Virus record (IMG/VR): IMGVR_UViG_3300035499_000517
Coordinates: 32,001-96,000 of that record
DNA: 64,000 bases
Direction: 5' to 3' (one strand)
Origin: a virus
Taxonomy: Duplodnaviria > Caudoviricetes
In this document: positions 1 to 8,535 of the stretch, one piece after another
Layout: each line of letters starts with the position of its first letter
Numbering within the stretch: position 1 is the first letter of the stretch
Notes under the pieces: generated by a model
Told to the model about the DNA's origin: nothing
Seen by the model: only the letters and a program-made list of their open reading frames with translations
The model's database searches: none
Made by a program: the position numbers and the translations under genes

Positions 1-80
1 GCGTAAGACTTCCAATAAAGCTTCCAAAGGAGCAAGAAGAATTCTTATCAAAGCAGTCTGGTGGACATCTTAAAATGACA

Positions 81-125
81 AAAGAAAGAGAGGAGACAAA
101 TATAAATCGTCTCCTCTCTCTTTTT
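81..125. terminator. Intrinsic terminator, probably bidirectional
   Basis: Stem agagaggagac/gtctcctctct flanked by A- and T-tracts, at the end of the 125..430 gene. Confidence 0.7.
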
Positions 126-430
126 TAAGCATTAATCTCATAAAACAAAAATCCTGTATAAGTAAGCAGGATGATAATGCAAATGCCTGTAACTCGTTTT
201 ATCTCTTTAAACCAATACCGGAATCCATATAAATATAAATCCCTTATGTAAAACAAGTTCCAATTTACCCAAAATCTCTTTACTCTGTGAAGATACCTCC
301 AAAATCCATGATAATACTTCTCTTCGGTTATCGGAATTAGTTCCCAATATACGCTATCCATTGGTGGTATATACCATATAATAGCTAGCATCAAGCAACA
401 TAAAAAAGCAATAGTTCCTTTTAGAATCAT
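125..430 (-). CDS. Small membrane protein, hypothetical
   Basis: 101 aa with hydrophobic N- and C-terminal segments; AAGGAGG RBS upstream; follows the SbcD-like gene. Confidence 0.6.
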   Translation of the reverse strand: MILKGTIAFLCCLMLAIIWYIPPMDSVYWELIPITEEKYYHGFWRYLHRVKRFWVNWNLFYIRDLYLYGFRYWFKEIKRVTGICIIILLTYTGFLFYEINA

Positions 431-435
431 TTTTC

Positions 436-1620
436 TTAATCCTCCTTAATTCCTAATCGCTCCCTTACCCTTTCTGCTGACATCTCTACATTCTTTCTTA
501 CTTTTAAAAAGTACGAGACTTTCTCAGCTTGATCGACATTCCTGTCTAATAATATCTTGGTGTCCTCATCGAGTTCAGATAAATCTACTTTCGCTAAATC
601 CTTTTCATTTTGCACATAGCCATGTGAAAATGCTAACTTCAACCCATTTACATCTTTAAAGCGTTCTTTAAAGAAATTCATAAGTCCTTCTGGATTATCA
701 TATCCCACAGGGATATTGAATACAACACGAAGATTATCAATTTCGTATTTCTTCTTCTTGTCTAAAATCTTCTTGGCTTCGTTTTCCATATCTTCATATG
801 AATTAAAAACGGAGTCTTTGTACCCATAAGACATTGTTACATATTTTAACGCTTTCTCGTTAATGAGAAATGTCTTCTTACAAGTTCCTTCATCAAAGTT
901 TAATAGATAAAATCCTTTGTCTTCTTCCTCTCCATGGATCCATCGGAAAGTACTTCCAACATAAGAAACTTTTCCATCTAACCATTCTTTGCGAATGTGA
1001 TAATGCCCAAAGATGACTTCCCCTTTACAAATATCAGCGAGTTCATCTGCTGTAAAAGAAGGAGCCTTTCTTCTTATATGGTCTTTTGTCGTGCTTGGTT
1101 TGATATAAGGAAATGCTTCATTAATCATACCATGTCCAAAGACATAGTCGTACTTATCTTTTTCTAAAAAGAACTCTTTGTAATATTCTTCTTTATCAAA
1201 GACATATTCCTCAGGCATATATAAAACATGCATCCCTGGATAGAGTTCTTCTTCACTTATCGTATCAATGACCTTAAAATCATACGGAAGTTCTTTCCCT
1301 AATAACTGCGGAATATCCGCTGCTAAGGTATTAAAGATTCCGTATTGATCAGATTCATGAGAGCTTGTTCCATACACAACTCTCACTTTCTTTGCTGCTA
1401 CTAAAAAGAACAGCATTAATTTCTGTGCTAATCCAATAAATGGATCATTTGCATATAATTGCTTATCGAAAAAATCTCCACCGATAATAATAAAATCCAG
1501 TGGCTTTTCTTTTGTTAATTCTTGTAATTTCTCTCGTAGATAACTGATTCCATCATAGGTATTTTCATAACTCATTGCTCCTATATGGATATCAGCAAGG
1601 AATAATCCTCTATAACTCAT
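436..1620 (-). CDS. sbcD: SbcD/Mre11-like metallophosphoesterase nuclease
   Basis: Motifs ADIHIG, GGDFFD, GTSSHE, GHG, FGHYH, YVGS; SbcC partner at 27889. Confidence 0.85.
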   Translation of the reverse strand: MSYRGLFLADIHIGAMSYENTYDGISYLREKLQELTKEKPLDFIIIGGDFFDKQLYANDPFIGLAQKLMLFFLVAAKKVRVVYGTSSHESDQYGIFNTLAADIPQLLGKELPYDFKVIDTISEEELYPGMHVLYMPEEYVFDKEEYYKEFFLEKDKYDYVFGHGMINEAFPYIKPSTTKDHIRRKAPSFTADELADICKGEVIFGHYHIRKEWLDGKVSYVGSTFRWIHGEEEDKGFYLLNFDEGTCKKTFLINEKALKYVTMSYGYKDSVFNSYEDMENEAKKILDKKKKYEIDNLRVVFNIPVGYDNPEGLMNFFKERFKDVNGLKLAFSHGYVQNEKDLAKVDLSELDEDTKILLDRNVDQAEKVSYFLKVRKNVEMSAERVRERLGIKED

Positions 1621-1646
1621 TTTATTATCCTCACTTATCTTCGTAT

Positions 1647-1658
1647 TAAATTCTTGTC
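1647..1658 (-). promoter_or_regulatory. Late-type promoter motif GACA-N6-TA
   Basis: gacaagaattta on minus strand, just upstream of sbcD. Confidence 0.55.
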
Positions 1659-1683
1659 AGGCGCTTGAGTAAAAATAATTATT

Positions 1684-1697
1684 CTTATATATTATCT
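1684..1697 (+). promoter_or_regulatory. Early-type phage promoter motif
   Basis: cttatatattatct, one of 12 intergenic copies. Confidence 0.7.
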
Positions 1698-1729
1698 ATA
1701 TAGAGTATTAGAAAAGGAGGTTTATTTTT

Positions 1730-2680
1730 ATGACTCAAGATCAGTTACAAGAAGAGATACGCCAATCTCAAGAAAGCGTATTAAAACCAACCGATTATAG
1801 TGAAACTGCTTATGTTGAAATGAAGGAGTTTCGTGCAAGGCAACTAGAATTATTAAAGGATTTTCTATTAACGAAAAAGATTGAAGGATGTAAGAATAGT
1901 ACCTTGCGTGATTATCATGATAAAGTGATGAAACTAATCGAATGGACTAAGAAAGATCTTATTGATTTAACCACGAAAGATATTAAGCAGTATTTAATGG
2001 AGTACCAAGAAAAGAGATCTATTCAAGAATCTTCATTAGATCAGATTCGAATTGTCTTATGCACATTCTTTAGATTTTTGGAAGATGAAGAACTCATTGT
2101 AAGAAACCCAGTGAGAACGATTCGAAAAATCAAAGCAGATGAGAAGATTCGTTTACCATTTACAGATGAAGAGCTCGTTATGATTCGAGATGCTACAAAG
2201 ACACCAAGAGATTTAGCCATTGTAGATTTACTCTATTCATCAGGAATTCGTATTGGAGAATTGGTTTCTCTTAATATCAAAGATATGGATTTTGGACAAC
2301 GTGAATTTGTTGTTTATGGAAAAGGAGGTACTGAACGCATTTGTTATTTTAATGCAAAAACGAAAGTAGAGATTTTAAGGTATTTAGGAACTAGAGATGA
2401 CAAAGAAGAAGCACTCTTTGTAACTCTTCGAGAACCACATCGAAGATTAAAGAAGAATGGAATTCGTCATATGCTAGACGATATTGAACTTCGAACAGGA
2501 GTGAGTAATATTCATCCTCATAGATTTAGAAGAACCCTAGCAACGAATCTTTTGGAGAAAGGAATGAGCTTGGAACAGGTGCAGTGCATTCTAGGTCATA
2601 AACGTCTTGAAACGACGCTCGTTTATGCGAAGATTAGTAATGCTGCTGTGAAACTCAATCATCAAAGATTTACAACTTAG
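1730..2680 (+). CDS. Tyrosine recombinase/integrase (XerC/D-like, with N-terminal SAM-like domain)
   Basis: Catalytic set: GIRIGE (R), GKG (K), HPHRFRR (HxxR), LGH, TLVYA (Y). Confidence 0.92.
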   Translation: MTQDQLQEEIRQSQESVLKPTDYSETAYVEMKEFRARQLELLKDFLLTKKIEGCKNSTLRDYHDKVMKLIEWTKKDLIDLTTKDIKQYLMEYQEKRSIQESSLDQIRIVLCTFFRFLEDEELIVRNPVRTIRKIKADEKIRLPFTDEELVMIRDATKTPRDLAIVDLLYSSGIRIGELVSLNIKDMDFGQREFVVYGKGGTERICYFNAKTKVEILRYLGTRDDKEEALFVTLREPHRRLKKNGIRHMLDDIELRTGVSNIHPHRFRRTLATNLLEKGMSLEQVQCILGHKRLETTLVYAKISNAAVKLNHQRFTT

Positions 2681-2685
2681 CGTGT

Positions 2686-2716
2686 AAAAGAAGGGATACC
2701 GCTTTGGTATCCCTTC
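2686..2716 (-). terminator. Intrinsic terminator between convergent genes
   Basis: 11-bp stem gaagggatacc/ggtatcccttc; U-tract on minus strand. Confidence 0.7.
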
Positions 2717-2762
2717 CCCTACGCAAGGAGTTACTATATGAAAAAAAAAGAAGCTACCTTTT

Positions 2763-4475
2763 TTATTCCTCAGATGCAGTCTCTGCCTGCTCCTCTGAGG
2801 TCTCTTCTACCGGAGTAGACCCCTCGGTAGACTCAGCTGTCTCAACAGTATCCGTTGCTTCAGCTGTTGTATCAGTTGCCTCGGTTACATGAACCGGTGC
2901 TTCGTTGTAATCGATTGTAATTGCAGAAAGCTCTTCCATAGAAGTAACTGCTTTGATCTGGTTCTCAAGTGTCTGCTGATAAGATACCAGCGGACGAACC
3001 ACTGCCTCGATCTCCATTGCAAGCTGTGTAAGCTCTTCCAGAGTCCAGTCGTATGAGCAAACCTCACCAGTTGCATTCCATGACGGCTGATACGGAACTC
3101 CGCTCTGTGCTGCTAAAGAAGCAACCGAAATCATGGACTGAAGATATGTCTGCTTTTCTTTTGTAATGGAATAGCTTGCTTCAACTCCACCATGACAGGT
3201 AGATGTAATCGGATGAGCTGCAAGATACTCCTCAAGAGCTGTCTGGCTCTCTGTGATGCGGAACTGTTTTGCTGCCTCCAGATCAAGTGTCGTATAATCG
3301 GTAACCGGCTCAAGGTCAGAAACACGCTTGTCAACATCTTCTACCTTCTGGTTGGTGTTTGAAATGTCCTGAGAAACAGAGCTTACGCTTCTTGATACAG
3401 AGTTTACTGTATTTGATACACTCTGGAGTGCTTCCTGCTGCTCCTTCTTGAATGCATCGATTGTCTCATCCTGATTGCTTACTGATTTCCTCACGGTAAG
3501 GATGTCGTCAGTAACAGAGTTGATCTTCTTGGTCTGGTTGTTTACGGACTTCATCACATTGGTTACATTCTCTTTGAGAGGCGTAAAATCAGCATTCATT
3601 GTAGTGAATGCTTTTGAAAGTCTCTCAGCCTCAGACTTGTTGGACTCAACAGTCTTCTGGAGATCCTCGATGTTCTGTGCAACGCCGGCAATTGCCTGAG
3701 ATGCTTCCTGAACAGCTTTACCATTCTCATTGATGAAGCTTACGGCATTTGAGCTCTCCTCAGAGATACGGGTAAGCTTTGCATCATTGATCGTGTATGC
3801 TTTGTTTACATCATCAAGAGAAGTTGCAGCATTTGCACTAGCTTCGGAAGCTGCCTGTGCTGTCTGACGGAATCCTTCAACTGCGGCAGTAAATCCAGTT
3901 ATTGTATCCTGGAACTCCGTAATGGACTTCGATACAGAATCAACACTCTCGCGATCAATCTGCTGCTGCTGAGCAAGCTCAAGAACAGATTTGCTTACCA
4001 GATCGATTGCGTCTTTTGTCTCTTCATAATTCTTATTTACAGTAGATAATGTATCAGTTGTGGTGCTGATGCTCTCTGTGATTGACTTTACACTCTCCTG
4101 AAGTGTAGAGACTGTCTCCTGATTAGCAGAAGCCTGCTTCTCAAGAGTATCCAGTGCTGAGAGAACCTGTGTTAAAATAACATCTGTCTCGCTTGTCTTT
4201 GCCAGCGTTACTGTGCAAACGTCATCACTTTCTCCAAGGGTGATGCCAACACGCTTCTGATAACCAATTGCGTGAAGAAGAACAACGTTCTTGTCATCTT
4301 CATAAATATTGAAGTCGACAAGATTATTTTCATCACCAAACAAGGTTTTTACTTTATCTAAGGACTCGTTAACAACGATGCTCAAAGCCGGCAGAGTGTT
4401 ACCAGATACCAATGCAGAGGTACTGGAATATGTCTGAACGGAAACTTGTGTTCCATCTGCTAAAAGTAATCTCAT
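2763..4475 (-). CDS. Long coiled-coil virion/tail-fibre-associated protein with DUF4376-like C-terminus
   Basis: Heptad-rich middle; C-terminal WNATGE..WTLEEL..QIKAVTSMEELSAITIDY resembles phage tail-associated domains; ATG at 4475 follows a GAAAGGA RBS and a late motif. Confidence 0.55.
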   Translation of the reverse strand: MRLLLADGTQVSVQTYSSTSALVSGNTLPALSIVVNESLDKVKTLFGDENNLVDFNIYEDDKNVVLLHAIGYQKRVGITLGESDDVCTVTLAKTSETDVILTQVLSALDTLEKQASANQETVSTLQESVKSITESISTTTDTLSTVNKNYEETKDAIDLVSKSVLELAQQQQIDRESVDSVSKSITEFQDTITGFTAAVEGFRQTAQAASEASANAATSLDDVNKAYTINDAKLTRISEESSNAVSFINENGKAVQEASQAIAGVAQNIEDLQKTVESNKSEAERLSKAFTTMNADFTPLKENVTNVMKSVNNQTKKINSVTDDILTVRKSVSNQDETIDAFKKEQQEALQSVSNTVNSVSRSVSSVSQDISNTNQKVEDVDKRVSDLEPVTDYTTLDLEAAKQFRITESQTALEEYLAAHPITSTCHGGVEASYSITKEKQTYLQSMISVASLAAQSGVPYQPSWNATGEVCSYDWTLEELTQLAMEIEAVVRPLVSYQQTLENQIKAVTSMEELSAITIDYNEAPVHVTEATDTTAEATDTVETAESTEGSTPVEETSEEQAETASEE

Positions 4476-4508
4476 TTTAGTATCATTCCTTTCTATAAGA
4501 ATTTTCTT

Positions 4509-4520
4509 TAATAGTCTGTT
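4509..4520 (-). promoter_or_regulatory. Late-type promoter motif AACA-N6-TA
   Basis: aacagactatta on minus strand. Confidence 0.65.
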
Positions 4521-4549
4521 TTTTCTGGGAAAACTCAATGTTGATTTTA

Positions 4550-4563
4550 CTTATATATTATCT
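4550..4563 (+). promoter_or_regulatory. Early-type phage promoter motif
   Basis: ttttacttatatattatct. Confidence 0.7.
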
Positions 4564-4693
4564 ATATGAAGCATGTAGAAAAAGATAAATTGGACGGTCT
4601 TATTTTATATAAGAAATTATCAAAATCTCTACATAGCTTTAGTGCGAAATGTGCACGAATACTATATTATTATTTTTTAAGGAGGTACTTGAC

Positions 4694-5563
4694 ATGAGCA
4701 GACGTCAGTACAATGGTGGGCGCCAGAACGGCAATTACAATAACCGTAATGGAGTAGGATCCGCCGGAAATAACGGCCAGAATGGTCAGAACAACAACGG
4801 AGGGAATGGGCAGCCGAGATATACAAAGGTTGGTATGGTAGATCCTTCCGCTTATGGAACATTATCCAAGCGCGTAGTTTCTAAGGACTACACGACTAAG
4901 GATGTAAAGAACTATTTGCAGGACCAGGCTGCAAGAGTTGACAAGATGATTTCAACTGTGCTTGGTATCGAAGTTCCTGCAACGAAGATTGAAGTGATGA
5001 GCTTCAACATGAGCAGCAATTCGGAGAAACATCCGTTCGTGCCTTTCGTAATGACAGTAACGACAAACGTGCTCGACAATGCAGCGGAGTATGAGGAGTT
5101 GCCTTCCGTGTTCCGTCCGTCTCATGATGATGGGGTGCACATCAATGATGCATACTATGATATGATCTTCAAGAAATTCATGTATGACAAGGATGATGCA
5201 AAGTGCTTCAGCAATCAGAGCTGGAGAAAGCAGATGAACATCCAGGCAAACTTCAAAGTTTTAAGAGACATCCGCGGCTTATTACAGCCGAAGCTTCAGT
5301 TCCCGGAAGATGACAGAGACAATATCTCGGCAGCAAAGATCATCGTGATCTTGGATCCGCTGAGAATTTTCAAAGCAATGATGTATGACGCAAACAATCC
5401 GAGAGAGAAGTATCGTGCAGGTATCAAAGAGGCTCGCCGAATCGATGGACAGAATTTCCGGTTCCGCGTTGAGCGCGAAGTAATCGAGAATGGCAATCGT
5501 TATGGTGACAATATTGAGATCTTAAAGGAGTTCCTTGCAAGAGGAAATTCCGGCATGGCTTAA
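4694..5563 (+). CDS. Hypothetical early protein with N/G-rich disordered N-terminus
   Basis: AAGGAGG RBS before ATG 4694; early motif and long hairpin leader upstream. Confidence 0.75.
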   Translation: MSRRQYNGGRQNGNYNNRNGVGSAGNNGQNGQNNNGGNGQPRYTKVGMVDPSAYGTLSKRVVSKDYTTKDVKNYLQDQAARVDKMISTVLGIEVPATKIEVMSFNMSSNSEKHPFVPFVMTVTTNVLDNAAEYEELPSVFRPSHDDGVHINDAYYDMIFKKFMYDKDDAKCFSNQSWRKQMNIQANFKVLRDIRGLLQPKLQFPEDDRDNISAAKIIVILDPLRIFKAMMYDANNPREKYRAGIKEARRIDGQNFRFRVEREVIENGNRYGDNIEILKEFLARGNSGMA

Positions 5564-5629
5564 TGAAGTCAACCGAAGTGGGAAGTGGTAAATGCTGCTT
5601 CCCACTTTACTTATCGAGAGGAGAACGAG

Positions 5630-5908
5630 ATGTCAATGTCAGAATTTAAAATTGCTTATGAAAATCAGACTGGGCAGTATCGAAGAAAAAGATTCGAGCT
5701 GTCAATCCCTGTAATCATTCCTCAGGAAGCAATGAAATTTGTCAATGAGTTCAAGAGTATCATCACAGATGATGAGAAACCTGAATTAGAAGACAAGAAA
5801 ACAAAGAAGTCCAAGAAGAAGGACAAATCCAATGAGGAAACGATTCAATTATCAAGTATTGGCATGATCGCGGCCGCTACCGTCCTGGCTGCGCTTGCAA
5901 AAGATTAG
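5630..5908 (+). CDS. Hypothetical protein, Lys-rich patch and hydrophobic C-terminus
   Basis: GAGGAG RBS before ATG 5630. Confidence 0.6.
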   Translation: MSMSEFKIAYENQTGQYRRKRFELSIPVIIPQEAMKFVNEFKSIITDDEKPELEDKKTKKSKKKDKSNEETIQLSSIGMIAAATVLAALAKD

Positions 5909-5984
5909 GTATTCCTCAAGGTGAATTTGGGCACCTAAAAGGATAAAAAATACCAACACTCTTTCTGTGTAATAAACCCAAAGT

Positions 5985-6021
5985 GAAAGGATGAGTTTTA
6001 CTCGCTCATCCTTTCTTTTTT
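5985..6021 (+). terminator. Intrinsic terminator
   Basis: gaaaggatgag/ctcatcctttc stem followed by T-tract. Confidence 0.75.
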
Positions 6022-6063
6022 ATCTTTGAAAGTATGAAAAAACTTTTGTAATAAGAGAGGACG

Positions 6064-7167
6064 GTGTATACAAATATGGAAAGTAGTAATCAGTTTTCAG
6101 TTTATTTTAATCTACTGAAAATCCGTTATAGTGTATACGACGAATCATTAACCCGTGCAGATTTCTTAACCCCAGAAGATAAAGTAAATGTATTTATTAA
6201 CCTGGAAACTGCACTCAAATACTTATCAATGGTTCGCGATTTAGAGAAGAAATTAATTGTGAGCCGTAATTTTGCAGACGAATTCAAAGTGGATATTGTA
6301 AATATAGCGGCACATTACAAAGATTTCTTTGTAGGAAATGGATTGGATACAAAAGTATTCATTTATATGACGGATTTAACTTCTGATATCGAAGCATTCA
6401 AAGAATGTAGCGTCTCAGAAGATTTCCGTTCTTATTATATCATGAAATACACACAGAACCCGAAATTTATTATGTTGGGAGATGCTTTAATAAGAGATAT
6501 CTTACCCGATGTTCGGATGCTCTGTGATTATATACCGAACGTGTACTTTATTAGTGCACACAACATTGATGGTGGCTTGATTCCTTACATCATAGGAAAC
6601 CACTATCCGGATCGAAAGAATCTAATTATCTCAGGAGATTTGCATGATACGCAATATTCTCATGAGAAGAATTTCTTAGATCATTTATACAGCAGGACAT
6701 ACAACAACAGCGTGTTCTGTTGTCAAACCAATCAGTTTCTCAAGGTCATTGCAAAGACAAAAGATGAAGTCGATGACTTTTATGTGAAGCTGTTTGAGAA
6801 TCCTTCGTTTTATCGCATTCTCTTAGCTTGTTTAGGAGATAAATATCGTTCCATACCAGGACTTAGTGGGATCAAGTTTGTAAAGATGGCAAGAATCTTA
6901 TCAGAAGCAATTGGAATGGAGAAAATCAGAGAAGATACAACCAATCCAAAACTTCTTGCAGATTTATTTCCGGAAGAAGTCCGAGAAGATATCTATATGA
7001 ATCTTATGGTTACTGATATTAAGAATGACTATGCAATGATTACAGAGGGTGACAAACGAACGATTATCAGTCAGATTGTAGATCAATCTGACATTAATAC
7101 ACTACAGCAACTCAATGCAACACGATTCGCAAAGAATCAATTGCATTTAGAGATGCTTCTGAAATAA
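6064..7167 (+). CDS. 5'-3' exonuclease / T4 RNase H (FEN)-like protein
   Basis: IISGDLHDTQ (SGDxD-like) and LGDKYRSIPGLSGI (H3TH-like) motifs. Confidence 0.6.
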   Translation: MYTNMESSNQFSVYFNLLKIRYSVYDESLTRADFLTPEDKVNVFINLETALKYLSMVRDLEKKLIVSRNFADEFKVDIVNIAAHYKDFFVGNGLDTKVFIYMTDLTSDIEAFKECSVSEDFRSYYIMKYTQNPKFIMLGDALIRDILPDVRMLCDYIPNVYFISAHNIDGGLIPYIIGNHYPDRKNLIISGDLHDTQYSHEKNFLDHLYSRTYNNSVFCCQTNQFLKVIAKTKDEVDDFYVKLFENPSFYRILLACLGDKYRSIPGLSGIKFVKMARILSEAIGMEKIREDTTNPKLLADLFPEEVREDIYMNLMVTDIKNDYAMITEGDKRTIISQIVDQSDINTLQQLNATRFAKNQLHLEMLLK

Positions 7168-7168
7168 G

Positions 7169-8422
7169 GTGGTGAATATGAACCTATTAGATGAAAAAGA
7201 TCAAATAGTATTTTACAAGTATCGAGTAAAGGAATTATATCTTTTATTTGAAGATGAAAATTATAAGTTGAATAATAGCCGTCTTAAAGACGTTATATTT
7301 ATCGAGGATTACATAGAGAATTTATACCCGATCTTTAAGGTTGATATCGCAGTAGAAAAATCTGTTTATATGAAGATCATTAAGAATAAAGATACTTTAA
7401 AGATCAAAGCCAATATTCAGAAGTTCTATCGTATTGGAGATAGCTCTGAGAAGTCCGTTTATTATTCTTATATCAACGACACGTTCCAATTAATTTTGGA
7501 TGATGACGATGATGACCTTGGTAAAGATGCTTATGAAAAAGAGTTCCCTGATGGGGATGAAGATAAAGTAGATGCAATTATCGTGACAATGGAATTATTC
7601 TTATTTAAGAAGAATACGATAAAGGGAAGTCGTACGCTTCTGAATAAGATATTCCAGAAATGCACAATTACAAATGCAATTATGTATCTCCTTGGAAGAC
7701 TCGGAGTTACAAATGTCCTTATGGATAAAGCAGATAATAAAACCAGTTATGATGAATTGAAACTTCCTCCACTTACTATAAATGAGGAGTTTCGTTTCTT
7801 AGATTCCTATTATGGAATTCATAAACATGGAACAGTGACCTATTTTGGGTTAACACGTTCTTATATCTTACGCTTCTATTCTACAACGAATGCGTATGAA
7901 AAAGGAGAGATTGAAGATGTTTGTTTTATCATACCAAAGAAAGGATCTTCTGTGACAGATTCCTATGCAATGGTAGATAAAGCAGCGGATAAAACGAAAT
8001 ATTACATTATCGTAGATCCAGATCAATTTACTCCACAAACACAAAGCACAACACAGTCTGTATTAAGTGCGGAGAATATTACCGTTGTTCATTCTTCCAG
8101 TGGTGAAATTGAAGAAGATACCTCTGATGAAGGAGATTCTAATAACAAGAAAATTATTGTGGCTCATGGAGTAAATCCATACTACACGAAGATGTACCAC
8201 AATATTATTCGAAGTGCAGAATCTGTTATTGAGGTATTCGTAAAAGATTGTGATATCTCTGTACTGGAACCAAATAAACATTATTCCTTCTTGTTTGAGG
8301 ATACGTCTCTTGCGAAGAAGTATAAAGGAAAATACTTCCTTTGTAAAAAAGAGGCAATTTTAAGCAAGCAAGGTACTGAGTTTGAGTGTGGCGCAACGCT
8401 AACACTTCGAAAAATGTCTTAA
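7169..8422 (+). CDS. Putative baseplate hub/tail structural protein
   Basis: Size, and C-terminal YKGKYFLCKKEAIL..ATLTLRK pattern reminiscent of hub proteins; structural neighbourhood. Confidence 0.4.
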   Translation: MVNMNLLDEKDQIVFYKYRVKELYLLFEDENYKLNNSRLKDVIFIEDYIENLYPIFKVDIAVEKSVYMKIIKNKDTLKIKANIQKFYRIGDSSEKSVYYSYINDTFQLILDDDDDDLGKDAYEKEFPDGDEDKVDAIIVTMELFLFKKNTIKGSRTLLNKIFQKCTITNAIMYLLGRLGVTNVLMDKADNKTSYDELKLPPLTINEEFRFLDSYYGIHKHGTVTYFGLTRSYILRFYSTTNAYEKGEIEDVCFIIPKKGSSVTDSYAMVDKAADKTKYYIIVDPDQFTPQTQSTTQSVLSAENITVVHSSSGEIEEDTSDEGDSNNKKIIVAHGVNPYYTKMYHNIIRSAESVIEVFVKDCDISVLEPNKHYSFLFEDTSLAKKYKGKYFLCKKEAILSKQGTEFECGATLTLRKMS

Positions 8423-8423
8423 T

Positions 8424-8467
8424 AAGAAGAGAGTAGTCAAAATGCACTACTCTCTTCTTTTTTTTTT
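8424..8467 (+). terminator. Intrinsic terminator
   Basis: 14-bp stem aagaagagagtagt/actactctcttctt followed by long T-tract. Confidence 0.8.
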
Positions 8468-8493
8468 CCTCTCCCGTAGATATACACTCAAAA

Positions 8494-8505
8494 AACAAAT
8501 AGTTA
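8494..8505 (+). promoter_or_regulatory. Late-type promoter motif AACA-N6-TA
   Basis: aacaaatagtta upstream of the head-gene cluster. Confidence 0.65.
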
Positions 8506-8535
8506 AAATACTTTAAGAAAGGTGGTAAGAAGAAA

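Noticed and set aside
6041-6053. Late-motif-like sites with 7-nt spacing (6041, 33737)
   Set aside because: Spacing differs from the N6 consensus, and such matches are likely by chance in AT-rich DNA.
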